Source: an uncultured bacterium
GTDB taxonomy: Bacteria; Caldisericota; Caldisericia; JAAYUI01
Direction: 5' to 3'
NCBI GenBank assembly: GCA_965370295.1
Contig: CBDUSO010000005.1
Span: 7,580 to 71,579 of the forward strand
Length of the DNA stretch: 64,000 nt
Part shown: positions 19,986 through 29,504 of the stretch, piece after piece
How the letters are laid out: every line of letters begins with the position of its first letter
Position numbering within the stretch: position 1 is the first letter of the stretch
The notes under the pieces: model-generated
Told to the model about the DNA's origin: nothing
Databases searched by the model: none
What the model saw: only the letters and a program-made list of their open reading frames with translations
Program-made: the position numbers and the translations under genes

Positions 19986-20223
19986 AGGGGAAAATCCAGA
20001 CATCACCATCATCCCTTTGCAATTAACATTAAATATGTATCAACAACTTGACGGGGGTGGGTAGCCTATTATAATTAATGATACCTTAACATAAGAAAAT
20101 TACCAAACTAGAAACTTTCTCAAGGTTAAGAGTAGTTAAGACCGGTGACAAAGGGGTGTCACCGATAGTGTGCTAAAATGGAGAGTGTCCATTGGACAAA
20201 ATTCTCAAAAGGAGAAAAAGGAA

Positions 20224-20778
20224 ATGAAAAGAATTGTAGCAATGATGCTGGTTGTGTTGATGGTTGGAACGATTGTGATTGGGTTGACGGGGTGTGGAAA
20301 TGATATCAAACTGGAAACATATAGTTGGAGATTTGAAGATGATGAGAATCTCGGTATTGATATCGGGATGCCCGAGGGTTTTTACTGTAGTCAATCACCA
20401 CCTTCTGACGTGGAACTTTATTGGGAGTTTGAAAATAAAAATGAATCCAATAAGCTCAAATTCTATTATTGGTTGAGTTTTGTGCCGGAATCTTCGATAT
20501 CAGATAAGATTGACAGTGCTTTATATGAATATGTGTGGGGGCTGGTGGGAGATTATTCTGATTCAAAAATCAAAGATAAAATAATTGAAGAAACAACAAT
20601 TAATGGATTACCTGTCCTGATTATTGACGAACCGGGAGCAGATTATGCTTGGTTTATACCCAGAGATGGTGCAGTTGTAAGTTGTTTTTTCGGCATAATG
20701 GAATTGGGTGTTGATTTTGATGATGAAGGGACTAGGGCGATAAAAGCAATAACAAAAAGCTTTAAAATCGTAAATTAG
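20224..20778 (+). CDS. Hypothetical acidic lipoprotein
   Basis: AAAGGAG RBS. MKRIVAMMLVVLMVGTIVIGLTGCGN signal with lipobox LTGC. No recognisable domain. Confidence 0.5.
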   Translation: MKRIVAMMLVVLMVGTIVIGLTGCGNDIKLETYSWRFEDDENLGIDIGMPEGFYCSQSPPSDVELYWEFENKNESNKLKFYYWLSFVPESSISDKIDSALYEYVWGLVGDYSDSKIKDKIIEETTINGLPVLIIDEPGADYAWFIPRDGAVVSCFFGIMELGVDFDDEGTRAIKAITKSFKIVN

Positions 20779-20840
20779 TATCACAAGTACCTAAACCAGA
20801 TAATTGCAATCGTCCCATTCAACTAATAGAAGGGAAAGAA

Positions 20841-21839
20841 ATGAAGGAAATCATGAAAAAATGGATAGTCTGTTCGGTCATTATTATATTATTGGCAGGT
20901 GTTTCAGGTTCGTTTGTTAGTTGTGGTGATGAAGAGTTTGCTACCCTCGTAAATACGGAAACAGAGACACAAGTTGTCGAAGAAACAGAGAAAGAAATCC
21001 CTGAAAAGCTAAAAGAAGTGATGAGTTTTTCAAATGACAATCAGGAGTATATGGGCGACGCATTATGGTGCAACCTTCCTGATGGTTGGAGTATTGATGA
21101 TAGTGAATTTATTGAGTTCGATATAATCTATATTGAAAAAGAAGATAGTGATAGTTGTTGGATAGATTATTGGAACTATATTGAATACAATGTGGATGAT
21201 TCATCTAAAGACAATCCAAGAATCTTGAGCTTCGATGAGGCTGTAGATGTTATGTATTCTGTGTTTATTGAATATAATATAGATGAAGGTAACTTTTCTT
21301 CGGCAGAGAGAATTTCGAATATTATTTTCAACGAACAAGAGTATGCACGATTTGTCATTTTGACCGATGGTCTTGAGTCTGTAGGTGTTTTACATATAAC
21401 CCAAGTTGAAGATGATATTGTCCAGTTCCTTACTTACTTTGAGCAAGATACTAACACAGAACCTATAGTGCAAGATTATTATACACAAGAGATTTTTGAA
21501 ATAATTACCTCAATAATACCAAATGATATGTATTGGGTCGCAGAAGATGCAGAAGAAATTGAAGAATCAACTGAGCAACCACCACTTGAAGAAATATCCA
21601 AACCTGAAACTACAACAACAACTTCTCAAGGCAACAAGGACTCCACCTTCGGCAGAGAAAATGTCGACAGCAACAGAAAAAATGAAAAACGGTATGTTGC
21701 GGGGAGCAACACGAACAAGTTCCACAACACAGATTGCCACCATGCAAAAAAGATTGAGCCTGGAACTGAGATTTACTTCTCGTCACGAGATGATGCAATT
21801 CGAAGGGGTTATGTTCCTTGCAAAGTTTGTGATCCATAG
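20841..21839 (+). CDS. Hypothetical acidic lipoprotein with C-terminal Ada-type zinc-binding-like motif
   Basis: Signal peptide plus lipobox (FVSCGD). C-terminus FHNTDCHHAKKIEPGTEIYFSSRDDAIRRGYVPCKVCDP is collinear with the Ada N-terminal metal-binding domain pattern (C-x3-C ... F/Y-F-s ... A...G-F/Y-x-P-C-K-x-C-x-P). Confidence 0.5.
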   Translation: MKEIMKKWIVCSVIIILLAGVSGSFVSCGDEEFATLVNTETETQVVEETEKEIPEKLKEVMSFSNDNQEYMGDALWCNLPDGWSIDDSEFIEFDIIYIEKEDSDSCWIDYWNYIEYNVDDSSKDNPRILSFDEAVDVMYSVFIEYNIDEGNFSSAERISNIIFNEQEYARFVILTDGLESVGVLHITQVEDDIVQFLTYFEQDTNTEPIVQDYYTQEIFEIITSIIPNDMYWVAEDAEEIEESTEQPPLEEISKPETTTTTSQGNKDSTFGRENVDSNRKNEKRYVAGSNTNKFHNTDCHHAKKIEPGTEIYFSSRDDAIRRGYVPCKVCDP

Positions 21840-21892
21840 ATTGTCATCAGGTAGTGTAGAGGTTGGTCGCGGCTGACCTCTACCTACGTCAT

Positions 21893-22027
21893 TCCCGTGA
21901 AAACGGGAATCCAGGGGATTATAAAATCGTATTCAAAACAAGAAAATAACAATTATCTAACCAGTCAAGATCATTGTTTCACAAAAATATTCACACGAAT
22001 TTCTAAAACCCTGGATTCCTGGTCAAG
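21893..22027. repeat. Copy B of the hairpin-terminated repeat
   Basis: See copy A. Terminal hairpins attcccgtgaaaacgggaat and ttcctgg tcaag ccaggaa. Confidence 0.6.
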
Positions 22028-22066
22028 CCAGGAACGACGGGGGTCTCATGGAATGATTGATGTTTG

Positions 22067-23473
22067 TTAAAGAGTAAAAACGGTCAGTTTTTCTTTGACA
22101 AGGTCTCTGATTGCCCAGGCTGGACCCTCTCTCCCAATTCCAGATTTTTTGATTCCACCATATGGCATCTGGTCTGTTCGGAAAATTGGGCTGTCACCAA
22201 TGATAACTCCAGCAACATCGAGGGCTTCAGATATTTTGATGGCTTTGGCAAAATCTTTCACCAGAACTCCAGCCTGAAGTCCGTACTCAGAATTATTTAC
22301 AAGAGAAACTGCCTCATCCAAGTTTTCAACTGGATTAATTGAGAGAACTGGGCCAAAAACTTCCTGACTGATAACTTTTGCAGATTCTGGAACATTTGCT
22401 AAAATTTGTGCTCCGAGTTTGACTCCACCTTCATCGGCACTGAACAACAAATTTGCACCAGAATCTGTTGCATCCTTCACCCATTCTCTGACTCGATTTG
22501 CTTCACTTAAGGAAACCATCGGGCCAATGGTTGTTTTTGGGTCGTGTGGATTTCCAATTATTAATTTTGAAGCGAGTTCAATAATTTGAGAGCAGACTTC
22601 ATCAAAAATATCTTTGGTTACATAAAGTCTTTGAAGTGAGATGCAAACTTGACCAGAATATGCCATGGATGCAGAAACTGCTTTCTTTGCAATCTCTGGA
22701 ATATCCCAACTAACATCAGCTATCATTGCAGAATTTGAACCGAGTTCGAGGGTTCTTCCGATTGATGGATTGAGTTTCACTAGATTCCAGCCAACTGCTG
22801 GACTTCCTGTGAAACTGATGTGTTTGCAATCTGGATGTGTGGCAATCGCCTCACCAATCTCTGAACCAGAGCCGATAAGGATTGCAAGTTGATCCTCTGG
22901 GAGTCCAGACTCAAATAAAATCTCAGCGAGCTTGAGAGCCACGAGCGGAGTTGTGCTGGCGGGTTTTGCGACAACTGGGCATCCCGCAGAAATTGCGGGA
23001 GCAATCTTGTGAGCAAGCAGGTTTAAAGGGAAGTTGAAAGGCGAGATTGCAGAAACCGTTCCGATGGGTTCATATGAGACAAATCCCCTTCGATTCACAC
23101 CCCATGGATGGGCGGGAAAGTTGATGGTTTTTCCTTCCATGGTTCGAGCGACTGATGCTGAGAATTTTAGAGTTTGGATGCATCTGTCCACTTCACCAAG
23201 TGCGAGTTTTATTGGTTTGCCAGCTTCAGAGCAGATTATATCTGTGAGCTCTTCTTTGTGTTCAGAAACTTTTATTGAGGCGGTATCAAGGATTTCAGCT
23301 CTTCTGTAAACGGGAAGAGTTTCTGATTTTTCAGCCAGCTCGAAAGCAGTTTCAACGTCATCTTGTCCTGAAATTGAAACACGGGCGATTATCTCGCCCG
23401 TGTATTTATCAGTTACTTCAAGAGTTTTGTCTCCATGCTTTCTCCCACCCACAAAAAATGGAAGTGTTTTCAT
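22067..23473 (-). CDS. NAD(P)-dependent aldehyde dehydrogenase family protein
   Basis: 468 aa. Catalytic Cys motif region (QVCISLQRLYV), Glu region (ELGSNSAMI) and GSxxxG nucleotide motif. Confidence 0.85.
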   Translation of the reverse strand: MKTLPFFVGGRKHGDKTLEVTDKYTGEIIARVSISGQDDVETAFELAEKSETLPVYRRAEILDTASIKVSEHKEELTDIICSEAGKPIKLALGEVDRCIQTLKFSASVARTMEGKTINFPAHPWGVNRRGFVSYEPIGTVSAISPFNFPLNLLAHKIAPAISAGCPVVAKPASTTPLVALKLAEILFESGLPEDQLAILIGSGSEIGEAIATHPDCKHISFTGSPAVGWNLVKLNPSIGRTLELGSNSAMIADVSWDIPEIAKKAVSASMAYSGQVCISLQRLYVTKDIFDEVCSQIIELASKLIIGNPHDPKTTIGPMVSLSEANRVREWVKDATDSGANLLFSADEGGVKLGAQILANVPESAKVISQEVFGPVLSINPVENLDEAVSLVNNSEYGLQAGVLVKDFAKAIKISEALDVAGVIIGDSPIFRTDQMPYGGIKKSGIGREGPAWAIRDLVKEKLTVFTL

Positions 23474-23488
23474 ACTATTTAGAAAATC

Positions 23489-24988
23489 CTATTCATCATC
23501 ACAGATACACTCTTCCTTACAGCAGAGTGAGTAGATGAGTCCGTAGTAATCATATTCTTTGGTCAACTTGGCTGGAAAGTCCTGGTTTTTGTGGACAAAA
23601 TAAAGTGTGTGTGTTCCTTTGGTAAGGAATATTGGGATTGTCATCAGCCTGCCACCCTGCATGTTTACGGCACTTCCAATGTGGTACGGGTTTGTTCCTG
23701 TTGCAGGAGAATTAATTAGTTGAGTTGAGTCAGTTGGTTTTATCAAATCGATGAATGGGTCAGCGTACACGTCTACGAGATCATTGGTATAAACAATAAG
23801 ATTTGCATTGCAATCTTTGTCAACTGAGAAAACCTGTCTATAGATATTTGTTTCCCATGCTCTGCAATGATTCCAGCCATTTGTTGGATCAGAAACTGTG
23901 TAAATCCAGTTTGCACATTTGTTGTAAAGTGTGTGCCATGGTGTTCCTCTGTAGTCTCTGCCCCATGCTTTTTTGTCTGCTTGATGATATGGAATAATGC
24001 TAACGGGTGCCCATTTTCCCAGAACATACTCAGTAGCACGATCAATTCCAACAGGTTCCCATGGAACTGTTGCACCTGAATTATCAATTATATTTACATC
24101 ATGCACAAGATATTCAGCAGAACTGTTGCTTGGAAGACAAGAGCAATCGCACTCATCAACTTCCCATCCACCTTCAGTTGTCTGACTGGCAAATGCTTTG
24201 ACAGAAAGAGTGTGCATCATACAGAATTGCTCAGCCTGGTTTGCAGCACGGTGGACAAAATAAAGACAATGGGTGCCACTGCTAATCTTGGGAATGCTGA
24301 TCGTAATTTTGGTGGGTTTGTTGTCATCGCCAACTCCACGACCGAGGTAGCAACGAGGTTTGTCACCCTGATTTGAGAGAAGGCGAGTTCCGTATGGTGG
24401 GTCCATATAAACATCTACATCGCCAACAATCCAGAGAGTGAGGGTACCAGTGGAGGCTTTTTTCAGTGTGAAGAACTGACGATAGATGCTGGGTAACCAG
24501 GATGAATCAATGATATTTTTGTTCACACCTTTTATGAGTGTTCGTTTATTTTCTGGAAATTCTAACTTGTTCCAACTGTAGGGTTTTTCAAGGTAATAAA
24601 TCCAGTCTGCCCCATAATTGTACATGTCTGCCCAATCATCCGAACCGATTTCTGATTCAACTTCATTCCTATCTGCAACCAGGATTTCATGCCAACCGCC
24701 CTGCATCCATTGTTCGGCATCCCAGGGTAAATCGTCGAGCTCCATGTTTAGATTGTTCCAGTCTGTCAGAGATGGATCAGGATTCTCCCAATCAAAACCT
24801 TCATCATAAAGAAACCATTTTTCAGGGTCTTGTTCAAGATATTCCATGGTGTTGTCAGATGTTAAAATCACAGTCTCACAAGAAATGAAATTATCTTTGG
24901 AAGTACCCTGTTCACCACTGTTTACAGAGCAACCAGTAATCAAAATCATTACAACAAGGGTAAGAGCCAGCAAACGTTTATATGACAT
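23489..24988 (-). CDS. Hypothetical secreted lipoprotein with internally duplicated ~130-aa domain and Cys-rich C-terminus
   Basis: MSYKRLLALTLVVMILITGCS lipoprotein signal. Two homologous segments (WIYYLEKP...GTHCLYFVH / WIYTVSDP...GTHTLYFVH). C-terminal CCKEECICDDE. Confidence 0.5.
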   Translation of the reverse strand: MSYKRLLALTLVVMILITGCSVNSGEQGTSKDNFISCETVILTSDNTMEYLEQDPEKWFLYDEGFDWENPDPSLTDWNNLNMELDDLPWDAEQWMQGGWHEILVADRNEVESEIGSDDWADMYNYGADWIYYLEKPYSWNKLEFPENKRTLIKGVNKNIIDSSWLPSIYRQFFTLKKASTGTLTLWIVGDVDVYMDPPYGTRLLSNQGDKPRCYLGRGVGDDNKPTKITISIPKISSGTHCLYFVHRAANQAEQFCMMHTLSVKAFASQTTEGGWEVDECDCSCLPSNSSAEYLVHDVNIIDNSGATVPWEPVGIDRATEYVLGKWAPVSIIPYHQADKKAWGRDYRGTPWHTLYNKCANWIYTVSDPTNGWNHCRAWETNIYRQVFSVDKDCNANLIVYTNDLVDVYADPFIDLIKPTDSTQLINSPATGTNPYHIGSAVNMQGGRLMTIPIFLTKGTHTLYFVHKNQDFPAKLTKEYDYYGLIYSLCCKEECICDDE

Positions 24989-25110
24989 GATACCCTCCTT
25001 TTTATGTTTTTTTATATGCATCTCTGATATATAAATAACCTATAAATCACTGTTCGTCAAGTGATTTCAGAATGAATACTGAATATGTCTATGTTTATAA
25101 AAAAATGAAA

Positions 25111-25755
25111 TCAGGAAACTCTAGCTATATCAAGAAACATTTTTATTTCATTCCAGGGAGTTGAACCCTCACGAAGCAGTTGAACTTCTTTTCCGGCAAG
25201 GGTTATCACGGTGGATGGTTTGGCAGATAGCTCAGCTCCTGAGTCAATCATGACATCTGCGAATCGGTAGTAAACTTCCCTGAGCTTTTCATGTGTGAGG
25301 TGTTCTTGACCTGAAATATTCACAGAGGACTGGAGGAGCGGGACACCAAGTTGAGATAATAAACTGCTTATTATTTTGGATTTTGGAATTCTAACTGCAA
25401 CGGTTGAGGGTTGGTCTTTTTGGGGAGTCAGCCAGAGGTTTGTGTTGCTTTTGAGATGAAAAACACAGGTAATATTCCCAGGCCAGATGTTTGAAAGAAA
25501 CTGCATAAACTGTGGTCTGACTTCGCAATATTTTTGAACTTGAGATATGTCACTCACAAAAATTCCCAGCGGTTTATTCTGCTCACGTTTTTTTGCAGAA
25601 AAAAGCCTTGTCACGCCAGCTTGTGATGTTGCTGATGTGCCGATGCCATAAATTGTGTCGGTCTGGAATACGGCAAGTTGACCGATTCGAATCATGTTGC
25701 TGATGGCTTTGATTAATTTTGGGTTTGGATTATTTGGATCAACTCGAATTAACAT
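25111..25755 (-). CDS. tsaC: L-threonylcarbamoyladenylate synthase (YrdC/Sua5/TsaC family)
   Basis: 214 aa. VFQTDTIYGIG and K..PL.IFVSD motifs of YrdC domain. No Sua5 C-domain. Confidence 0.8.
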   Translation of the reverse strand: MLIRVDPNNPNPKLIKAISNMIRIGQLAVFQTDTIYGIGTSATSQAGVTRLFSAKKREQNKPLGIFVSDISQVQKYCEVRPQFMQFLSNIWPGNITCVFHLKSNTNLWLTPQKDQPSTVAVRIPKSKIISSLLSQLGVPLLQSSVNISGQEHLTHEKLREVYYRFADVMIDSGAELSAKPSTVITLAGKEVQLLREGSTPWNEIKMFLDIARVS

Positions 25756-26347
25756 GAACTAGAGCCTTTTCACCTATCTTGTATTCCTCACCATCAACGA
25801 GCCTTCTGATGTTTGGAATGTGTTTCATGACAACGATTATTGCAATTCCGATCAGGGATAAAAATTGTAAAATATCAAAGTGGGTCAACAAAAATCCAAA
25901 CGGAATCAGCGAAATTGTGATGATGGATGCAAGGCTAACGAATTTCCAGACAAGAACGATAATCAACCAGACCACAGCACAGGCAAGCCCCAATCTCCAG
26001 TCCAGCGCAAGAACGATTCCAAGACTTGTTGAGATTCCTTTGCCACCCTTGAAGAGTAGGAAAACTGACCAGCAATGACCAAGGAAAACAGCCAGTCCGA
26101 TGCAAACCACTTGCCAGGGTTCAAATCCGAGAGAGCTTGCGACAAGCACCGGGACAAAACCTTTTGAAATGTCGAGAATCATCGATATGGAACCGGCTAA
26201 CCATCCAGCAGATCTGGTTACATTGGTCGCACCAATATTGCCTGACCCAGTGTTTCTAACATCCACCCCTCTGAGCTTCCCGATTATCAAACCGAAGGGA
26301 ATGCTTCCGAGCAAATATCCACCAATCAAATAGTATATCAGCGTCAT
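25739..26347 (-). CDS. plsY: Glycerol-3-phosphate acyltransferase PlsY
   Basis: GSGNIGATNVTRSAG and KGGKGISTSLG motifs; 202 aa polytopic. Confidence 0.85.
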   Translation of the reverse strand: MTLIYYLIGGYLLGSIPFGLIIGKLRGVDVRNTGSGNIGATNVTRSAGWLAGSISMILDISKGFVPVLVASSLGFEPWQVVCIGLAVFLGHCWSVFLLFKGGKGISTSLGIVLALDWRLGLACAVVWLIIVLVWKFVSLASIITISLIPFGFLLTHFDILQFLSLIGIAIIVVMKHIPNIRRLVDGEEYKIGEKALVHVNSS

Positions 26348-27351
26348 GATCCCATCCTCTGAGGAAATTCAAACAAATTAGTATCAATATCGGGTACTCG
26401 CATGTCAGGTATTATAGGACTTTTATATCGTGTTGGCAATTGAATATCTGCAATCGAGAGACCAAGCGAGCAGGAGAATGCACCAAATCTATTTATCAAT
26501 TCATCCATATTTGTGTATGTGCTTGAGATATTGAAAAATTCTCCCCACCTGATTGATGCGGTTCTCAGTCCAAGCTCTTTCCAGAGATTATGCTCCAGGC
26601 TGGTATCAGGTTTGCTGAGTCCAGCAAGAAAAATGGTTGGTGGCTCTGTGACAACGTTGTTCTTTTTGAATTTATCCAGAAAATTTGTGAATTCACTTTT
26701 CATCATGTCGTTGAATTTAACTTCACCACCAATATGAAAACTTGTAGTTTCAAGCTGAGAAAGGATTGAGTTTACAAAAATTGCCAGCTTGAGTTTTGGT
26801 GGAGCAAAGAGAGCTATCATCACAGGTGTGTTTTTAATTTTGTAACATTTGTTCACCAGGCGATAGATTGCAAGCATTTCAAGATCGGTTCCAACCAATC
26901 TGAGTCCAGCTTCCTTTGCCATCTCGCGGATTCTTGCAATGTGTTTTTTGTTGGTGATTGCAACAATCGTTGTGAGATCAATCCCATCCTTGTTTGCAAT
27001 TTTGTAGTCAAATGTCAAATCTTCGGGATGTTCAAATGCCATCTGGGAGAGTCTTGAGGCAATCACTCGGTCCAGGTTCGGTGATTCTTTTACGTTGATG
27101 AGTTGCACCTTCAGGATTTCACTTGGAATTGCAATCATTGCACGGTTGCCATAAAATTTTGACGAACTTATTGCACGTCCAACAATATCACCGAGAACCC
27201 TTGGAGTTTTTACGAAGCCATCTGAAATTGCTCCCTCCGGGGTTGGCATGCTTATCATTTCAGCCACTCTCAACTGTGTGTCATCAGAATAAACCTGTGC
27301 AATTTTTATCTTTTGGGAGCCAAGATGAACTCCAATTGGACCATATCTCAT
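26344..27351 (-). CDS. PilM-like actin-fold ATPase-family protein (type IV pilus assembly PilM/FtsA-like), no pilNOPQ partners in window
   Basis: N-terminal IGVHLGSQKIKIAQV, PTPEGAISDG and AKEAGLRLVGTDLEMLAI segments are collinear with PilM. Confidence 0.45.
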   Translation of the reverse strand: MRYGPIGVHLGSQKIKIAQVYSDDTQLRVAEMISMPTPEGAISDGFVKTPRVLGDIVGRAISSSKFYGNRAMIAIPSEILKVQLINVKESPNLDRVIASRLSQMAFEHPEDLTFDYKIANKDGIDLTTIVAITNKKHIARIREMAKEAGLRLVGTDLEMLAIYRLVNKCYKIKNTPVMIALFAPPKLKLAIFVNSILSQLETTSFHIGGEVKFNDMMKSEFTNFLDKFKKNNVVTEPPTIFLAGLSKPDTSLEHNLWKELGLRTASIRWGEFFNISSTYTNMDELINRFGAFSCSLGLSIADIQLPTRYKSPIIPDMRVPDIDTNLFEFPQRMGS

Positions 27352-27522
27352 ACTCCTCCTTTAACGGAACAGGCACCAACCAATCGAACATCGCAACCCA
27401 TAATTACAGACTTCACTCGAATAATTCCTTGTGGTATTTTTCCATTTGGACGTATGTTAGCACAAATAACCTAAAAATTCAAAGTAGTGTTTATACTGGT
27501 AAAGAATCTAGAAAAAATAGCT

Positions 27523-27972
27523 CTAGTATTCTTTTTCAGATTTGAAAATATCTTCCCCTGATGAGCCAAAACCTTTTTCTCCTCTGTCTGAAAATCCAAG
27601 AGTCTCCACCCATTCCACGCTCTCTGTTGAATGTGCAACAATAACGAGTTGGGCAATTCTTGTTTTTTTGGGAAGTGAAATATTTTGGTTACTGAGGTTG
27701 ATGAGGATAACGCCAACTTCACCACGATAACCAGAGTCGATTATCCCAGGTGAATTCAACACTGTGATTCCTTTTTTTGAAGCAAGCCCTGACCGAGGGC
27801 AAACAAGTCCAACGTGACCTGCTGGGATTTCAATAGAAAATCCCAGCATCACTTGAACTCTTTGGAGGGGAGCCAGTTCGATTGACTTGTATGAAACAAG
27901 GTCAAAACCGGCATCCCCAATGTATGCTTGTCTGGGAAGCTCTGCCTCCTTAACGAGTCTTTTGATTTTCAT
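27523..27972 (-). CDS. dut: dUTP diphosphatase
   Basis: GDAGFDL, PRSGLA and IDSGYRGEVGVILINL motifs. 149 aa. Confidence 0.85.
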   Translation of the reverse strand: MKIKRLVKEAELPRQAYIGDAGFDLVSYKSIELAPLQRVQVMLGFSIEIPAGHVGLVCPRSGLASKKGITVLNSPGIIDSGYRGEVGVILINLSNQNISLPKKTRIAQLVIVAHSTESVEWVETLGFSDRGEKGFGSSGEDIFKSEKEY

Positions 27973-29397
27973 CTAGTCAGTGTTTTTTGCTACTTTGATG
28001 TATTTGCCACCAAATTTTCCGAGGAATGCTTTGTAAGCAAGATAGGTGTTGTAGAGGTCAGCTTTGCTGATGGTTTCATTTGGTGCGTGCATTCCGACTA
28101 CAGCTGGTCCTGCATCAAGGGTGTCGATTCCACGGTCAGCGAGAAGATAGGCAACTGTTCCGCCACCACCGATGTCGACTGAGCCAAGTTCTGCGGTCTG
28201 GAAGTCGATCTTTTCATCTTCAAGGAGCATTCTGATTGATGCAACAAACTCGGCGGAAGCATCACTTGCTCCACCTTTTCCACCACTGCCTGTAAACTTG
28301 GTGAGGGTGATTCCTTTTCCAAGGAAGGAAGCGTTCTTTTCTTCGAATCTATCTTTGAAGTTTACGTCATATGCAGCGTTTACATCGGCACTTAAGCAGA
28401 ATGATTTCTGCATGATTGGCCAAAGCGGTTTGTTGTCTGCGAGGTTTGAGATGAAATATTCGAGGAACTGGTTTGCGGCACCAGTTGTGCCCATCGAACC
28501 GACCTCTTCTTTGTCAACAAGGTAAACAATTGCCGTGAGTTCTGGCTGTTCCTTGAGGTCAAGAAGTGCCTTTAATCCTGTGTATGTGCAGACTCTGTCG
28601 TCGTGGCCATAACCCATGATGAGAGATCTATCCAAACCCATTTCTCTGGCTTTGACGGCTGGAACGAGTTCAAGTTCTGAGGAGAGGAAATCAGCTTCTG
28701 TGATTCCGTATTTGTCGTTGAGAATTTTGAGCAGATAGAGTTTGACCTTGTCCTTCTCGTCCTCGTAATCTTTTCCAGTGAGAGGGATTGTTCCAGCGGT
28801 AGCATTAAGGTTTTCACCAGTGATGATTTTTCTTGCTGGTTGACTCATCTGGTCTTTGGAGAGATGGATGAGAATGTCACTGATAAAAACTGGTCCAAAT
28901 TCTTTGTCGTCCTCTTCACCCCAGGAAACTTCAACTTTTGTTCCATCTTTTTTGACGATTGTTCCATGGATTGCAAGTGGAATATTTGTCCACTGCCATT
29001 TTTTTATTCCACCATAGTAGTGGGTATCGAGCATGGCGTTTCCGCTGTCTTCGTAGAGTGGGACTTGTTTGAGGTCAATCCTTGGAGAATCTGTGTGTGC
29101 AATCACAAGTGTGAAACCTTCGGTGATTGGTTTTTTACCCATCTTTGCGGCGATTACAGATTTGCCTCGGTTTACTGAGAAAATCTTCTCACCCTTACCA
29201 TCTCTTTTGTAACCAGCTTTTTCAAGCAAGGCTGTTGCCCACTTGGCTACTTCGCGTTCAGTTTTATTTAGAGACAGGAAATCAATGTAAGGAATTGCAA
29301 ATTTCATAATTCCATCGTGAAGTTTTTCATTTTCCCAGATGAGGTTAGTTTTGTAACCTAACTTATCGTTTAATGTATCTTTTTTCTTTTCGGACAT
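27973..29397 (-). CDS. M18-family aminopeptidase (aminopeptidase I / aspartyl aminopeptidase-like)
   Basis: 474 aa. HTDSPRIDLK and GYGHDDRVC metal-binding motifs; family and length fit M18. Confidence 0.7.
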   Translation of the reverse strand: MSEKKKDTLNDKLGYKTNLIWENEKLHDGIMKFAIPYIDFLSLNKTEREVAKWATALLEKAGYKRDGKGEKIFSVNRGKSVIAAKMGKKPITEGFTLVIAHTDSPRIDLKQVPLYEDSGNAMLDTHYYGGIKKWQWTNIPLAIHGTIVKKDGTKVEVSWGEEDDKEFGPVFISDILIHLSKDQMSQPARKIITGENLNATAGTIPLTGKDYEDEKDKVKLYLLKILNDKYGITEADFLSSELELVPAVKAREMGLDRSLIMGYGHDDRVCTYTGLKALLDLKEQPELTAIVYLVDKEEVGSMGTTGAANQFLEYFISNLADNKPLWPIMQKSFCLSADVNAAYDVNFKDRFEEKNASFLGKGITLTKFTGSGGKGGASDASAEFVASIRMLLEDEKIDFQTAELGSVDIGGGGTVAYLLADRGIDTLDAGPAVVGMHAPNETISKADLYNTYLAYKAFLGKFGGKYIKVAKNTD

Positions 29398-29504
29398 GGA
29401 ATCCTCCTTTTTCTACAATCAATACTAGCAGTTATTGTTTATTTGAAAACTAAAGAACTTGTTATATTTATCGATTGTAAATATAATTTGAAACTCAAAG
29501 TGAG

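Noticed and set aside
19687-19990. Possible CRISPR array, suggested by several short repeated hairpins in a non-coding stretch.
   Set aside because: The repeats are individually palindromic with different stems and irregular spacing, with no constant repeat/variable spacer periodicity. A second copy of the composite element lies 2 kb away. This fits a REP/MITE-like element, not CRISPR.
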